Source of the DNA: a virus
Lineage: Duplodnaviria; Heunggongvirae; Uroviricota; Caudoviricetes
Direction: 5' to 3' (one strand)
IMG/VR virus record: IMGVR_UViG_3300021979_000001
Location: 226,948-290,947 of that record
DNA length: 64,000 bases
Part shown: piece after piece, positions 1 to 8,489 of the stretch
Position numbering within the stretch: the first letter of the stretch is position 1
Layout of the letters: every line of letters begins with the position of its first letter
Made by a program: the position numbers and the translations under genes
The notes under the pieces: generated by a model
Databases searched by the model: none
Seen by the model: the letters and a program-made list of their open reading frames with translations, nothing else
What the model was told of the DNA's origin: nothing

Positions 1-1440
1 ATAAACAGACACTTGTTGTGCATCAAGTTCGATTTGTCGATATTTAGTGAAATTCTGTGGTGGATTAAATTCTAAGTCAAATAGGCTATTATCGATTTCG
101 ATACCATTTTGATGCAAAAAATATTTGAACTCATAATCAAATACTGGGGCCATGATCGATTGAATACGCATACACATTTTGTTGAAACGATATTCTTGAA
201 TCATTGCTGCGCCAAGACGACCATCATTATATGATGCGGTTGCATCATCATCTCCCATTGGCAAATAACTTGATGGGATGCGAAGACCGCGTGCTAACTT
301 TTTGGTAAAAAATGACAAATCGCCAATTTCTCCCAAATTATCCCCACCTGGCATAGTGTCAATACGGGAACCACGACCATCCGAAGTTGTTGCTAGAAAA
401 TAATCATCAAGCATTGAAAGAGGATTGTAGCTTGCATCCAGCATCGAAGAACCACCACCAGTGCGATTTGGTATACGCCGTTGATGAATTTCATTTTTAA
501 TCGCCTCGATATGTGCTTTTGCTCGAACCGGTGGCATATCGCCAACATCAATATAAAAGATACGACGTTCTGGTGCGCGTTGAACACGATAAATGATGAC
601 AGAATCTTCAAGTAATTGTTTTTGTTTGTAAGTCTTAAAAACAGACTGTAAAATAGATGTTCCAAACGGCCAGTTGGCATCCATACCAACAGATAATGAT
701 AAATGAATGACATGTTTTGCATCAACTACGTGCAATTTATTTTCCAATTCTATATCACTCATATTTGGCGCGCCGGTGCCCGATAGCTGGAATTGACTTG
801 ATACATTCGCTGCCATATTGGGTGATGGTTGGGAACCATACGCATTTGATGTGCCCATTGGAGTTTTGTATTTGTTCGGATCAACTATTGATGTTGCAAA
901 ATTTTTCTGCTTGTTAAGGCTTAAACCACGAATAATATATTCTTCGGGTTCGTCGCCATTTTCATCATCAACTTTGACCATTTCAACTCGGTAATGGTCA
1001 ATCCATAACCACCGATTGGTTTCAGGATCGCGCAAATAAAATTGATCACCATTTTTGATAGTTTCTCGGATGATTTCCCAAAGAGTTGATTTGAAATCAT
1101 TCATACGAACCCATTTAGTCAAATAATTTTTGATTAATTTGACTTCGGTTTCGGTCACATCGCTTGTATAATTTATCAGGAACGGATTTTCGTTTTGTTC
1201 TTCGGATTGGGTGCAAAAATCAGCAATCGTATCTAATGCCGCACCAATATCGGAATCGTCCGCCATTTCATCATATTGATAATATCGCTGAATACGACTT
1301 GGATGACCCGCATAAATTTCGGGAAGAATGCTACTAAATTTTGAACTTGATCCAGATGCACCATATGAATTTTTGGATTTTCCAGTGTTGTTTTGATTTA
1401 GGCCAGGCTTAACAACACGAAAATGTTTTTTCCACGACAT
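1..1440 (-). CDS. Portal protein (T4 gp20-like), 5' part; runs off the left edge
   Basis: Absent from the ORF track because there is no stop in the window. Manual translation from ATG 1440 gives MSWKKHFRVVKPG...RYYQYDEMADDSDIGAALDTIADFCTQ...LLEDSVIIYRVQRAPERRIFYIDVGDMP...DYFLATTSDGRGSRIDTMPGGDNLGEIGDL, with the gp20 hallmark IYRxxRAPERRIFYIDVG. Confidence 0.95.
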   Translation of the reverse strand, partial: MSWKKHFRVVKPGLNQNNTGKSKNSYGASGSSSKFSSILPEIYAGHPSRIQRYYQYDEMADDSDIGAALDTIADFCTQSEEQNENPFLINYTSDVTETEVKLIKNYLTKWVRMNDFKSTLWEIIRETIKNGDQFYLRDPETNRWLWIDHYRVEMVKVDDENGDEPEEYIIRGLSLNKQKNFATSIVDPNKYKTPMGTSNAYGSQPSPNMAANVSSQFQLSGTGAPNMSDIELENKLHVVDAKHVIHLSLSVGMDANWPFGTSILQSVFKTYKQKQLLEDSVIIYRVQRAPERRIFYIDVGDMPPVRAKAHIEAIKNEIHQRRIPNRTGGGSSMLDASYNPLSMLDDYFLATTSDGRGSRIDTMPGGDNLGEIGDLSFFTKKLARGLRIPSSYLPMGDDDATASYNDGRLGAAMIQEYRFNKMCMRIQSIMAPVFDYEFKYFLHQNGIEIDNSLFDLEFNPPQNFTKYRQIELDAQQVSVY

Positions 1441-1445
1441 AAAAA

Positions 1446-1490
1446 ATCGGCTCCGATAAATAAACTCTAGTGTTATTTATCAAAGCCGAT
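1446..1490 (-). promoter_or_regulatory. 18-bp hairpin containing a late promoter (GATAAATA, 1474-1481) and the portal RBS; followed by a U-tract
   Basis: Minus strand reads ATCGGCTTTGATAAATAA-CACTAGAGT-TTATTTATCGGAGCCGAT-TTTTT-ATG, with two G-U pairs in the stem. Confidence 0.7.
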
Positions 1491-1527
1491 AGCTAAATTC
1501 CCATTTTGCTCATTTTTTAGAATAAAC

Positions 1528-4152
1528 TCAATTTAGTCCATTCATAGCATATGATCCATTACGAATGCCCTGTTTAATAAGTTTTTGGTGTTCTTTGTTT
1601 TGGGCAATCATGATTGCGGTTTGTTCGTTAACAGCATTGGTTAAATTGGTAAATTGATCAGTCATGGTGTTGGTTGTTGCAGTTTGGTTTCGTTCTTTAG
1701 CAATATCAGTTTCAATATCCCTTACATTCGCACCAATTGTTTTATTTGTTGGTGTTGCGGCATTATCAGACAGCATTTTTTCATAAATCATGTTCCCAAT
1801 GTATTCGCCGAAATCACTGCCATAACTCATACCAATACCACCTATTGCGGCACCACCAATAAACCCTGCCGCACCACCAATAGCGGTTCCCGCACCAGGT
1901 ATAATTGATCCAACCGCGCCCCCGGCAAGGGCACCAGCTTGTCCCAATGCAATCGCACCACCAGCCCCACCTACGAATGAGCCAACAATTTGACTAACGC
2001 TCTGTTTAAATTGTTCTTCACTTATTTCGCCATTTGCTCGCTGTTGATATAATTCGGTCAGTTTTTCACCAGTCTCCCCTACCATTAATACGGCGGCAAC
2101 AGGACCAAGAAGTTTTTTCATGGCACCAGATGCTAGTGATTTTGAGAAACCTAACGCACGTTTTCCAAAAGACGCAGTTGATTTAAGACCATTACTGACT
2201 ACACCAGATAGTGATGACATTAATTCATTATTGGCGAGCATCGAACCGAGGCTTTTAATTTTGGAAAATGCACTACCGCCGCCCATGCTATTAAAGATGC
2301 TGGCGGAACCACCCATAATTCTGCTTATGCCACTACGCCCACGACCAAGCATGCGGCGAAGAAAACCACCCCGACCACCGCGACCACGAGACCGACGACG
2401 ACGACGATTTCGGTCCCGATCAGAACCATCGCCATCGCCACCAAAATCAAAATTATCCTGTCCCCCGTCGTTGACATAATTACCCCGGACATTAACTGTT
2501 GCTGCGGTAATATCGACTTTCTTTGTTAAACGATCCCAGAACCGCTTTATGCCTGCTTTGCCACCCATGAACAGCAATGCAGTGGTAGCCGCAGTCAGTG
2601 CCCCGGCAAAGCCGTTTATAGTCGTTTCATTATCAGAAAATACTCCCATGATGGATTTGTAAATGCTATTAATGCCACCGACAACGGATGCAACAATTTC
2701 CCCAAGTTTGAACAACCAACTACCAAGTGTAGAAATGGTATTGTATACTGTATCAATATTTTCTTTGTTCAATGCAACTTCAAGAAAATGACCAAATGAT
2801 TTACCAGCATTTTCCACATTTTTAATTAAACCATCAAGTCCGGGGCCATCAGCAAATGCACTTAATTTATCAGTTAATCGTTCCAACGAACCAAGCATAC
2901 CTAACTTGAATACACCAACTAATCGGTTAAAAATGTTGTTGATGTTATTCATAAACTGGGTCAAACCTTCTTGCGCTCGCGCCGCTTCCTGTTTTTCCCG
3001 AAATTCCTTTTCAGTAATATCACGCATTTGGGTGATAATTTGCAAAACCTTCTTTGCATCTTCATTCCCGGATAGGGCCTGCAAACGTAAACTTTCTGCC
3101 GCCGCTTCACCCTGCTCTTTAAATTCGTGGAAAAAATTAAGGGCATCTGTATCGGTAAATGTTCCTTTTTCAATTTTTTCGCGTATCGTATCAAACATCC
3201 CTACCGCTTGACCAAACCCGGCATTAATAAATGTTTTTGCTTCATCAGCAAAAAGAGCCGTTCCTGCACCAAATGATTGTGATACCATTTTCGAGAAAAC
3301 ATCACCTGCTATACCTGGTTGTGCCGCCATAAATGCCGTTGCTTTACCAATGGCAAGTGCATAATCCTGCTGTGCCTCTCCTGATGTTTGTAGTAATCGG
3401 GTTGCAACAAGAGTATCACTAAGAGCATCCGTGACCGCTTTCATAATTTCACGTCGAGATGTCCCGAATGCACCAGATAACGCGGTTGTGGTTTCAGTCA
3501 GTTGAATGAAATTATCAACAGTTCTGCGATTATTATGTGCTTCGATATTTCCATATAGACGCATGCTTTCCATGTAATCGCCAAGATTTTCATTGATCTG
3601 ATCCGTGGTCATACCAAACATACCAAATCGCTCACTTGTCTTACGCACGTCATATGCCAGTTTGAAAAATGACTTTTGACTATCTAGTGCGGCGATCACC
3701 TTGCTATTTCGTTGAACTTCTTTAGCAAAATCATCAAGTGGCATCCCCGCTTCGGCAGCAGCAATACCCATTTTCAACATACTGCCCTGGAAATTTTGTC
3801 CAACATCAGTAAGCTGTTTATAGGTCTCGGTATATTCTTTGGCCGAGTGGATCAATAGACCGATAACCGCCCCACCAATAAACTTTTTGGCAACATCGGA
3901 GACAAGTCTGATCGCACTATCGGTCGATGTCGTAAACTCGAAAAGCTGGGTTGATGCCATACCCAAAGCATCATTCATCTTTTTTGTGCGACGAAAACGT
4001 TCTTTTTCTTGCATATCATTGGATAATCTTGATCTGGCCCGCGCCCGCCCTGATGAACCAGATTGATTATCCGCAATCCGCCCCAGTGTTCCTGCCGTCG
4101 TTTTAAGAGACGCAATCAATTCATTGAATTGTTGTTCGTTAATGTCACTCAT
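1528..4152 (-). CDS. Tail tape measure protein
   Basis: Long helical Ala/Gly-rich protein with C-terminal GAxxGAxxG hydrophobic repeats, divergent from the tail chaperone genes; likely start MSDINEQ at 4152. Confidence 0.75.
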   Translation of the reverse strand: MSDINEQQFNELIASLKTTAGTLGRIADNQSGSSGRARARSRLSNDMQEKERFRRTKKMNDALGMASTQLFEFTTSTDSAIRLVSDVAKKFIGGAVIGLLIHSAKEYTETYKQLTDVGQNFQGSMLKMGIAAAEAGMPLDDFAKEVQRNSKVIAALDSQKSFFKLAYDVRKTSERFGMFGMTTDQINENLGDYMESMRLYGNIEAHNNRRTVDNFIQLTETTTALSGAFGTSRREIMKAVTDALSDTLVATRLLQTSGEAQQDYALAIGKATAFMAAQPGIAGDVFSKMVSQSFGAGTALFADEAKTFINAGFGQAVGMFDTIREKIEKGTFTDTDALNFFHEFKEQGEAAAESLRLQALSGNEDAKKVLQIITQMRDITEKEFREKQEAARAQEGLTQFMNNINNIFNRLVGVFKLGMLGSLERLTDKLSAFADGPGLDGLIKNVENAGKSFGHFLEVALNKENIDTVYNTISTLGSWLFKLGEIVASVVGGINSIYKSIMGVFSDNETTINGFAGALTAATTALLFMGGKAGIKRFWDRLTKKVDITAATVNVRGNYVNDGGQDNFDFGGDGDGSDRDRNRRRRRSRGRGGRGGFLRRMLGRGRSGISRIMGGSASIFNSMGGGSAFSKIKSLGSMLANNELMSSLSGVVSNGLKSTASFGKRALGFSKSLASGAMKKLLGPVAAVLMVGETGEKLTELYQQRANGEISEEQFKQSVSQIVGSFVGGAGGAIALGQAGALAGGAVGSIIPGAGTAIGGAAGFIGGAAIGGIGMSYGSDFGEYIGNMIYEKMLSDNAATPTNKTIGANVRDIETDIAKERNQTATTNTMTDQFTNLTNAVNEQTAIMIAQNKEHQKLIKQGIRNGSYAMNGLN

Positions 4153-4179
4153 TTTGCACCAAATCAAATATGTTATAAC

Positions 4180-4224
4180 TATTTATTTTTGAAATTAACT
4201 TTGGTGTTTATACACAGATAAATA
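4180..4224. promoter_or_regulatory. Back-to-back late promoters (AATAAATA on - at 4180-4187; GATAAATA on + at 4217-4224)
   Basis: TAAATA boxes about 30 nt upstream of both divergent structural genes; similar to the T4 late promoter TATAAATA. Confidence 0.7.
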
Positions 4225-4256
4225 CTACTATAACTTAACATTCGTTTGGTGCATAA

Positions 4257-5345
4257 ATGACAGATAATAAATTCCCGGTTGATGACTTTGATGAAAACGA
4301 ATTATTTAACCAAGCAACATCCACTCCATCTAATCCATCACAAGCGCAACCCCGAAATAATTATGCGGGGCCAGTGCCAAATATGCAAAACCATGAACAT
4401 ACCGAGGTGCAAGGACAACGTTTTGCTCGCCCAATGCAGCAAGAAATGATTGAGGATAACGAAGCACAAAGCCTTGGTGCGCGTGGTCCAGGTATGAATG
4501 AACCAGTTGGGTCGATTTTATCGAAATATTACCGTGAGCCAGGTATTCATATTCCGTTGCCAACTGGCGGTGCATTTATGCCAAAGGGATCGTATCAAGA
4601 AACATTGAGTGGTGACATCCCGGTGTATCCGATGCGGGCAGCAGACGAAATGATGCTGAAAACCCCAGACGCATTGATGAATGGGTATGCGATTGAACAA
4701 ATGATTCGTAGTTGTTGCCCGTCTATTGTCAGCGATTATGATCAAATTCCAACACCGGATTTGGAAGTGTTGATGCTGGCTATTCGAGCGGCAACATTCG
4801 GTGAAATCATGGAAATGGAAGTTGAATGCCCTAATTGTGGGGAACATCACGAATTTAATCTTGATCTTCCCGCATTGCTATCAACTATGAAACTTATTCC
4901 CGCCGAAAATACCGTTCGGTTAAATGATCAATTGGTAGTCTATTTGCGCCCATATACGATCAAAAATGGAACAAAAATTTCATTAGCTGCATTCAATGAA
5001 ACCAGAAAGTTACAAGCAGCAACCTTACAGAAAATACCAGATGAAGAACGTAACAAGATTATTAATGATGGTATTGCAAGATTGACATCTTTGAACTTGG
5101 AAATGATGTCCGACTGTGTTTTGAAAATTGTAACTCCGAATGGCACCGAGACAGATAAAAAAGAAATATTTGCATTTATTACAAATTCCAATGCGAACTG
5201 GACTAAAATGATTGATACTAAATTACAAGAATTGAATAATCTTGGTATTGATAAAAGACAAAGTGTCACATGTTCTGCATGTAATCATACGTGGGATACG
5301 GAGGTTGAATTTAATCCCGCAAATTTTTTCGAAACAGACTCTTAA
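4257..5345 (+). CDS. Baseplate hub/tail assembly chaperone (T4 gp26-like)
   Basis: Motifs IPLPTGG, PMRAADEMMLK and DLEVLMLAIRAATFGE; two CxxC pairs (CPNC, CSAC); ends NFF. Confidence 0.8.
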   Translation: MTDNKFPVDDFDENELFNQATSTPSNPSQAQPRNNYAGPVPNMQNHEHTEVQGQRFARPMQQEMIEDNEAQSLGARGPGMNEPVGSILSKYYREPGIHIPLPTGGAFMPKGSYQETLSGDIPVYPMRAADEMMLKTPDALMNGYAIEQMIRSCCPSIVSDYDQIPTPDLEVLMLAIRAATFGEIMEMEVECPNCGEHHEFNLDLPALLSTMKLIPAENTVRLNDQLVVYLRPYTIKNGTKISLAAFNETRKLQAATLQKIPDEERNKIINDGIARLTSLNLEMMSDCVLKIVTPNGTETDKKEIFAFITNSNANWTKMIDTKLQELNNLGIDKRQSVTCSACNHTWDTEVEFNPANFFETDS

Positions 5346-5563
5346 GATTAACGGATCGAGAGTCGTTGCAAAAATTCATAGCATCATACGATAATGATAA
5401 AGCACAATTACGGGCATCAATTCATCAAATAATGTGGTATATGCGCGGATCGATTAGTCGAAACGACGCATGGTCATTATCGCATCTAGAACGAAAAGAC
5501 ATTTTTTCATTGGTTGAAGAACGAATGAAAATAGTCAAAGAAACTAAGATGCCAATGATATGA
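5324..5563 (+). CDS. gp51-like chaperone segment, probably expressed by a -1 frameshift from the upstream gene
   Basis: Slippery heptamer T TTT TTC at 5324-5330; the -1 frame is open to TGA 5563 (RNRLLRLTDRESLQKF...WYMRGSISRNDAWSLSHLER); no good independent start (track uses TTG 5366). Confidence 0.65.
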   Translation, partial: FFRNRLLRLTDRESLQKFIASYDNDKAQLRASIHQIMWYMRGSISRNDAWSLSHLERKDIFSLVEERMKIVKETKMPMI

Positions 5564-5886
5564 CAAAAATGGGGTGGATTTTAGAATTAGAACACTTGAT
5601 AGGGTATTCAATTCATGAAATTCACCCCTATAATGTCGCGATCTGTATGATAGCACCAATGAACCCTGAATGGATGCATAATCGCCCTGGCCTTTACGAT
5701 CTTCCACGGGTTGATACAGGAAAACTGGACATTTTTGTTGCAGAACGATTTGATAGTGAGGGCGCAATCGCGGAACGAATACGCTGGATCGTAGAAAATC
5801 TATGCGGGCCTTGGCATTATACACATTGTGGTTTTTATTTTGGTAAGGATATAGATGCTACAATGTATTTGCTGCGATGGAAATAA
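5560..5886 (+). CDS. Hypothetical protein (C-terminal FxxDxDAxxYLLRW motif)
   Basis: ATGA overlap with the upstream stop; terminator follows. Confidence 0.65.
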   Translation: MTKMGWILELEHLIGYSIHEIHPYNVAICMIAPMNPEWMHNRPGLYDLPRVDTGKLDIFVAERFDSEGAIAERIRWIVENLCGPWHYTHCGFYFGKDIDATMYLLRWK

Positions 5887-5915
5887 TAAAGCCGGGATTA
5901 TTTTTCCCGGCTTTA
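5887..5915. terminator. Bidirectional intrinsic terminator
   Basis: TAAAGCCGGGA...TCCCGGCTTTA inverted repeat between convergent genes. Confidence 0.8.
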
Positions 5916-5917
5916 TG

Positions 5918-6292
5918 TTATTTGTTCAATGTTTCAATCAGCATGCCTGCCGGATTTTCATCACGTAATACATGTTCTAATGTTATCGTGTCGAAATAGG
6001 TAGCCAATCGATCATATTCATCAAGGTATTTTTTTAATTTGGTATCTTTGCACTTCCATTCGTGCTTGGCCTGATTAATTATTAGCTTGGAGTCTCCACG
6101 AATAGTAACATCTTTGGCATTTAACGAAATCGCATGATCAACCGTTAATAGAAGCGCAATCCATTCCGCTTCGTTATTCGTCCCCATGCCAATTTTTTCA
6201 TATAGATATTTGTTTGAACCCGTAACCGTAACCGCAACTTCCATCTTCCCCGGATTCGGTTTACATCCCCCATCAAAATATAATTCTAACAC
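5918..6292 (-). CDS. rnhA: Ribonuclease HI-like protein
   Basis: Catalytic motifs LYFDGGCKPNPG, TNNEAEWIAL, IRGDSKLIINQ and HVLRDEN. Confidence 0.88.
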   Translation of the reverse strand: MLELYFDGGCKPNPGKMEVAVTVTGSNKYLYEKIGMGTNNEAEWIALLLTVDHAISLNAKDVTIRGDSKLIINQAKHEWKCKDTKLKKYLDEYDRLATYFDTITLEHVLRDENPAGMLIETLNK

Positions 6293-6603
6293 TATGAACT
6301 TTCCTTTCGGAAACGACTATTGCTATTAATTAATTGTTTTCGGGTTTTTTTGCTTTTGGGTTTGGCCGGGGTTTTCATTTCTTCATATGGTGTTTTTTTG
6401 TGCGGCTTCATTGATCGTTCAATTCTTTTGGCAACAAGTTCATCGCATTCTTGTTTTCCAATACCAGGATAGTCTTTCAGCACATTTTGTTTGGTAATCT
6501 TTTGTAACCAATAATGTTTGATATTGGCGTTGATGTTTCGTTTTTCTTTTTCGTGATGATGCTCAATATTGCGAAGTGTTGTTTTATAACTTTGATAATT
6601 CAT
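6292..6603 (-). CDS. Hypothetical basic protein
   Basis: 103-aa Lys/Arg-rich ORF coupled to RNase H. Confidence 0.6.
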   Translation of the reverse strand: MNYQSYKTTLRNIEHHHEKEKRNINANIKHYWLQKITKQNVLKDYPGIGKQECDELVAKRIERSMKPHKKTPYEEMKTPAKPKSKKTRKQLINSNSRFRKESS

Positions 6604-6813
6604 ATAGATATATGCCTTATTTGTGATGACGACAAAGTGGAAATATAACTGAACACATACCCGTCCAGATGATAAAAACGATGATCAACCAAACCAGATT
6701 ATATTCTAATAACAGGAATAATAATAAATCCCCCGGTATCAACCTGTTAACTGCAATAATTCACCAAGGGACTATTGAAACAACGGTATCATAACTGTTT
6801 CGTAATACACGTA

Positions 6814-7080
6814 TTATTTGGATTTTCCGTAGTAGCAACGATGCACCAGCAATGCGTGGATTGCCAAACACATAAGGGCACAAATTAACCCTGAAATGAA
6901 ATGCCATGATCCGTCCATATACACACAGTAGCTTAAAATCACTACCATGATTATGTCGAAAATGACCCAAAAGTTCAAAAACGGGTTCGATCTGGTATTA
7001 TTCGGGTCACCAAAGAAAAAGGTTTTAATCATGTTTGGTTGATCCAATGCATGTATTTTATGTGGTTGATTGCCAAACAT
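6814..7080 (-). CDS. Small membrane protein
   Basis: Two hydrophobic segments. Confidence 0.5.
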   Translation of the reverse strand: MFGNQPHKIHALDQPNMIKTFFFGDPNNTRSNPFLNFWVIFDIIMVVILSYCVYMDGSWHFISGLICALMCLAIHALLVHRCYYGKSK

Positions 7081-7170
7081 TAATTGAACTCGCTGTGGTA
7101 TGTCAATAATTATCCGTTACCAAAATTTTGCAGGATAAATAAGATACATGCCACAATTGGAGCATTTTAC

Positions 7171-7689
7171 ATGGCAAGTGGAAGCAAAAGCAAGGATAAG
7201 GGTAGTCAAGGAGAACGCGAACTCTGTAAAATTCTTGGCGAAATTTTTGAAGGTAGCTTTATCAGGTCTGCCGGGTCCGGGGCATTTATCGGCGGAAAAA
7301 ACTCATTTCGTAAACAAAGCATGTCCGAAGGTCAAGTTCGCAATACCAAAGCAGATATAATACCACCCGATTTTTTGCCGCGTTTGGTTGTTGAAGCAAA
7401 ATGGTATAAAGACTTTCGATTTCATCAACTTATCCAACCTGGACCCAATCCACAATTGGATACCTGGATTGAACAAACCATTGAATGTATCGATGATGGT
7501 GACGTGTGGATGGTCTGTTTTAAAATTAACCTTCGTGGATGGTATGTTGCTGTTCCCGATGGACTAAGTGATGATTTTTCATACAATAACTATTGCGTCT
7601 ATACCGGTAAACATGGCAAATTTAAAGTGACCGACATGAAAGAGTTTATGACAAATAATGCCCATATCATAAAACAGTTGGCAGCATAA
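7171..7689 (+). CDS. Holliday junction resolvase (Hjc-like PD-(D/E)XK)
   Basis: SKDKGSQGERELCKIL...ADII...VVEAKWY; late box GATAAATA at 7134-7141; start MASG at 7171. Confidence 0.8.
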   Translation: MASGSKSKDKGSQGERELCKILGEIFEGSFIRSAGSGAFIGGKNSFRKQSMSEGQVRNTKADIIPPDFLPRLVVEAKWYKDFRFHQLIQPGPNPQLDTWIEQTIECIDDGDVWMVCFKINLRGWYVAVPDGLSDDFSYNNYCVYTGKHGKFKVTDMKEFMTNNAHIIKQLAA

Positions 7690-7826
7690 TCAATTGATTA
7701 AGGTTCGCAATTATGGTCATTACCGCAAAGTTCAATTATTAGTCGAAAGGATTGATGCTGTAATTATGGTCAAAATGTTGTTTGATTATCCGGTTGATCC
7801 AACAATATTGATGTATGGTGTTCCGA

Positions 7827-8183
7827 ATGATTAAAGCATATCATGTTTCATCAGCAAATAACATAGCGTCTATTTTGACCTATGGTCTTATTCCAAGTGT
7901 TGGTGCCAGAAGTGTGGCGATGGGTGAAGAAAGCCCCGCAATATTTCTGTTTCCATCATTAGACGATTTGGAAAATGCGTTGGATAATTGGCTTGGGTCG
8001 GAAATTGATGACGAAATTTTTGCGCTGTTTGAAGTCATTATTCCTCCACACATCGAAAGTGAAGTGACAACAGGATACGAAATTTCAGTTTATACCACAA
8101 TACCGGCTGAATACATCACTTTGCTGTCCGATGATGTTATGTCGTTAGCATCTATGAATGAATTTAAATACACCAACGCATAA
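7827..8183 (+). CDS. Small ADP-ribosyltransferase-fold protein (Tpt1/KptA-like)
   Basis: AYHVS...SILTYGLIP, then IFLF, YEI and IPAEYI; matches the YHxT/S...IxxxGLxP pattern of Tpt1-like ART folds. Confidence 0.5.
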   Translation: MIKAYHVSSANNIASILTYGLIPSVGARSVAMGEESPAIFLFPSLDDLENALDNWLGSEIDDEIFALFEVIIPPHIESEVTTGYEISVYTTIPAEYITLLSDDVMSLASMNEFKYTNA

Positions 8184-8254
8184 TTAATCTGTTGACGAAT
8201 ATATTTAATCTGTGTATATTGTGCCCATAAACACGTTACAGGGGTGATACTGAT

Positions 8255-8455
8255 ATGGTTTTGAAATTTTCGACACTGGCTGGTGGCGTCTATATTATGG
8301 TTGGCAGCGATTTTGAAATCCAGGATACCGTCCAATGTTTTCGGTTTTACGACGAAAAGGTCGAAGTTTCGACGGTCGGAAACTTGAAGCTGGATGCGTC
8401 GAAACATTGCTGGGTGCCCAGTGAATATAAATACAGTGACTTCCAATTTGCATAA
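8255..8455 (+). CDS. Hypothetical protein
   Basis: GGGG RBS upstream; ends at a terminator. Confidence 0.5.
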   Translation: MVLKFSTLAGGVYIMVGSDFEIQDTVQCFRFYDEKVEVSTVGNLKLDASKHCWVPSEYKYSDFQFA

Positions 8456-8487
8456 AAAAAGGCCGGGTAAGATTGCCCGGCCTTTTT
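8454..8487. terminator. Bidirectional intrinsic terminator
   Basis: AAAAAGGCCGGGTAA-GA-TTGCCCGGCCTTTTT. Confidence 0.85.
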
Positions 8488-8489
8488 CG

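Noticed and set aside
393-917. Track ORFs 393..725 and 717..917
   Set aside because: They are shadows of the portal gene (1440 to the left edge, minus strand), which the track missed because it has no stop in the window.
2120-2479. Pro/Arg-rich plus-strand ORF
   Set aside because: It is the antisense reading of the Gly/Arg-rich tape measure segment and has no RBS.
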